64,000 nucleotides of DNA from Antedon mediterranea (lineage: Eukaryota; Animalia; Echinodermata): NCBI RefSeq assembly GCF_964355755.1, contig NC_092673.1, positions 16,402,948 to 16,466,947 of the forward strand, given 5' to 3'. Position 1 is the first letter of the stretch, and every line of letters begins with the position of its first letter. The notes below the pieces were generated by a model. The model was given only the letters and a program-made list of their open reading frames with translations. It had not been told where the DNA came from and ran no database searches. The translations under genes and the position numbers were made by a program. Below are positions 63,577 to 64,000 of the stretch, in pieces.

Positions 63577-64000
63577 TACAAAAACAATATGATTTAATTA
63601 AGCATAGAAATGTGTTATTATTTATGTTAGTACATAAATATACGAAATAATGTTCAATACTCATTGTTCTATTAAAGGCACTATGTGCGTGCGATATTCT
63701 ATGACTTGGATAATCTCGTTTGTTTCAAGTTTTTGAGGCTAAACTCATCGTTTTTAACATAAATTTGGACGATTTTTGCTGTAAAAGTTGGGTTTTCATA
63801 ATTAATTAATAATTATCTACTCTCGTTTGGTAGGTATTGCAACATTCTGAGTCTCGTTTTTGTTTCCGTTTGGTGTTTAACTTTAGTAGGACCGCAGTCG
63901 TTCACATGGGAAGGGCTGTGTATGCCTTTGAGGAATTAGGCTAGATGCACGACCCTCCCCATGTTATTGAAGGCGCCATGAGAATTAATTTTATTAGCGA

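Overview
AT-rich eukaryotic DNA, probably from an invertebrate animal (inference), dominated by transposons and tandem repeats. (1) 1.3-10.6 kb: a decayed DIRS1-type tyrosine-recombinase (YR) retrotransposon whose ITR/ICR termini are still readable, with Academ, LINE and MITE insertions nested inside it. (2) 14.4-22.1 kb: the only clear host gene, a 10-exon, 296-aa ankyrin-repeat protein built from six duplicated phase-0 one-repeat exons with a variable loop. (3) 25-59 kb: a locally triplicated segment whose copies gained different MITEs and grew different satellites, including two arrays of an 89-bp unit (~128 and ~36 copies). (4) 37.8-43.1 kb, minus strand: a young, nearly intact Ngaro-like YR retrotransposon with SGNH hydrolase, gag, RT-RNaseH and YR ORFs; its empty site is preserved in a paralogous segment. 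The most notable observation is in this element: one splice donor after gag codon 89 is in phase with acceptors directly in front of both the RT and YR ORFs. This predicts Gag, Gag(1-89)-RT and Gag(1-89)-YR proteins sharing one N-terminal exon. The element also has an array of UUCG-tetraloop hairpins and unusually short termini. All of this was read by eye; no alignments or database searches were run.
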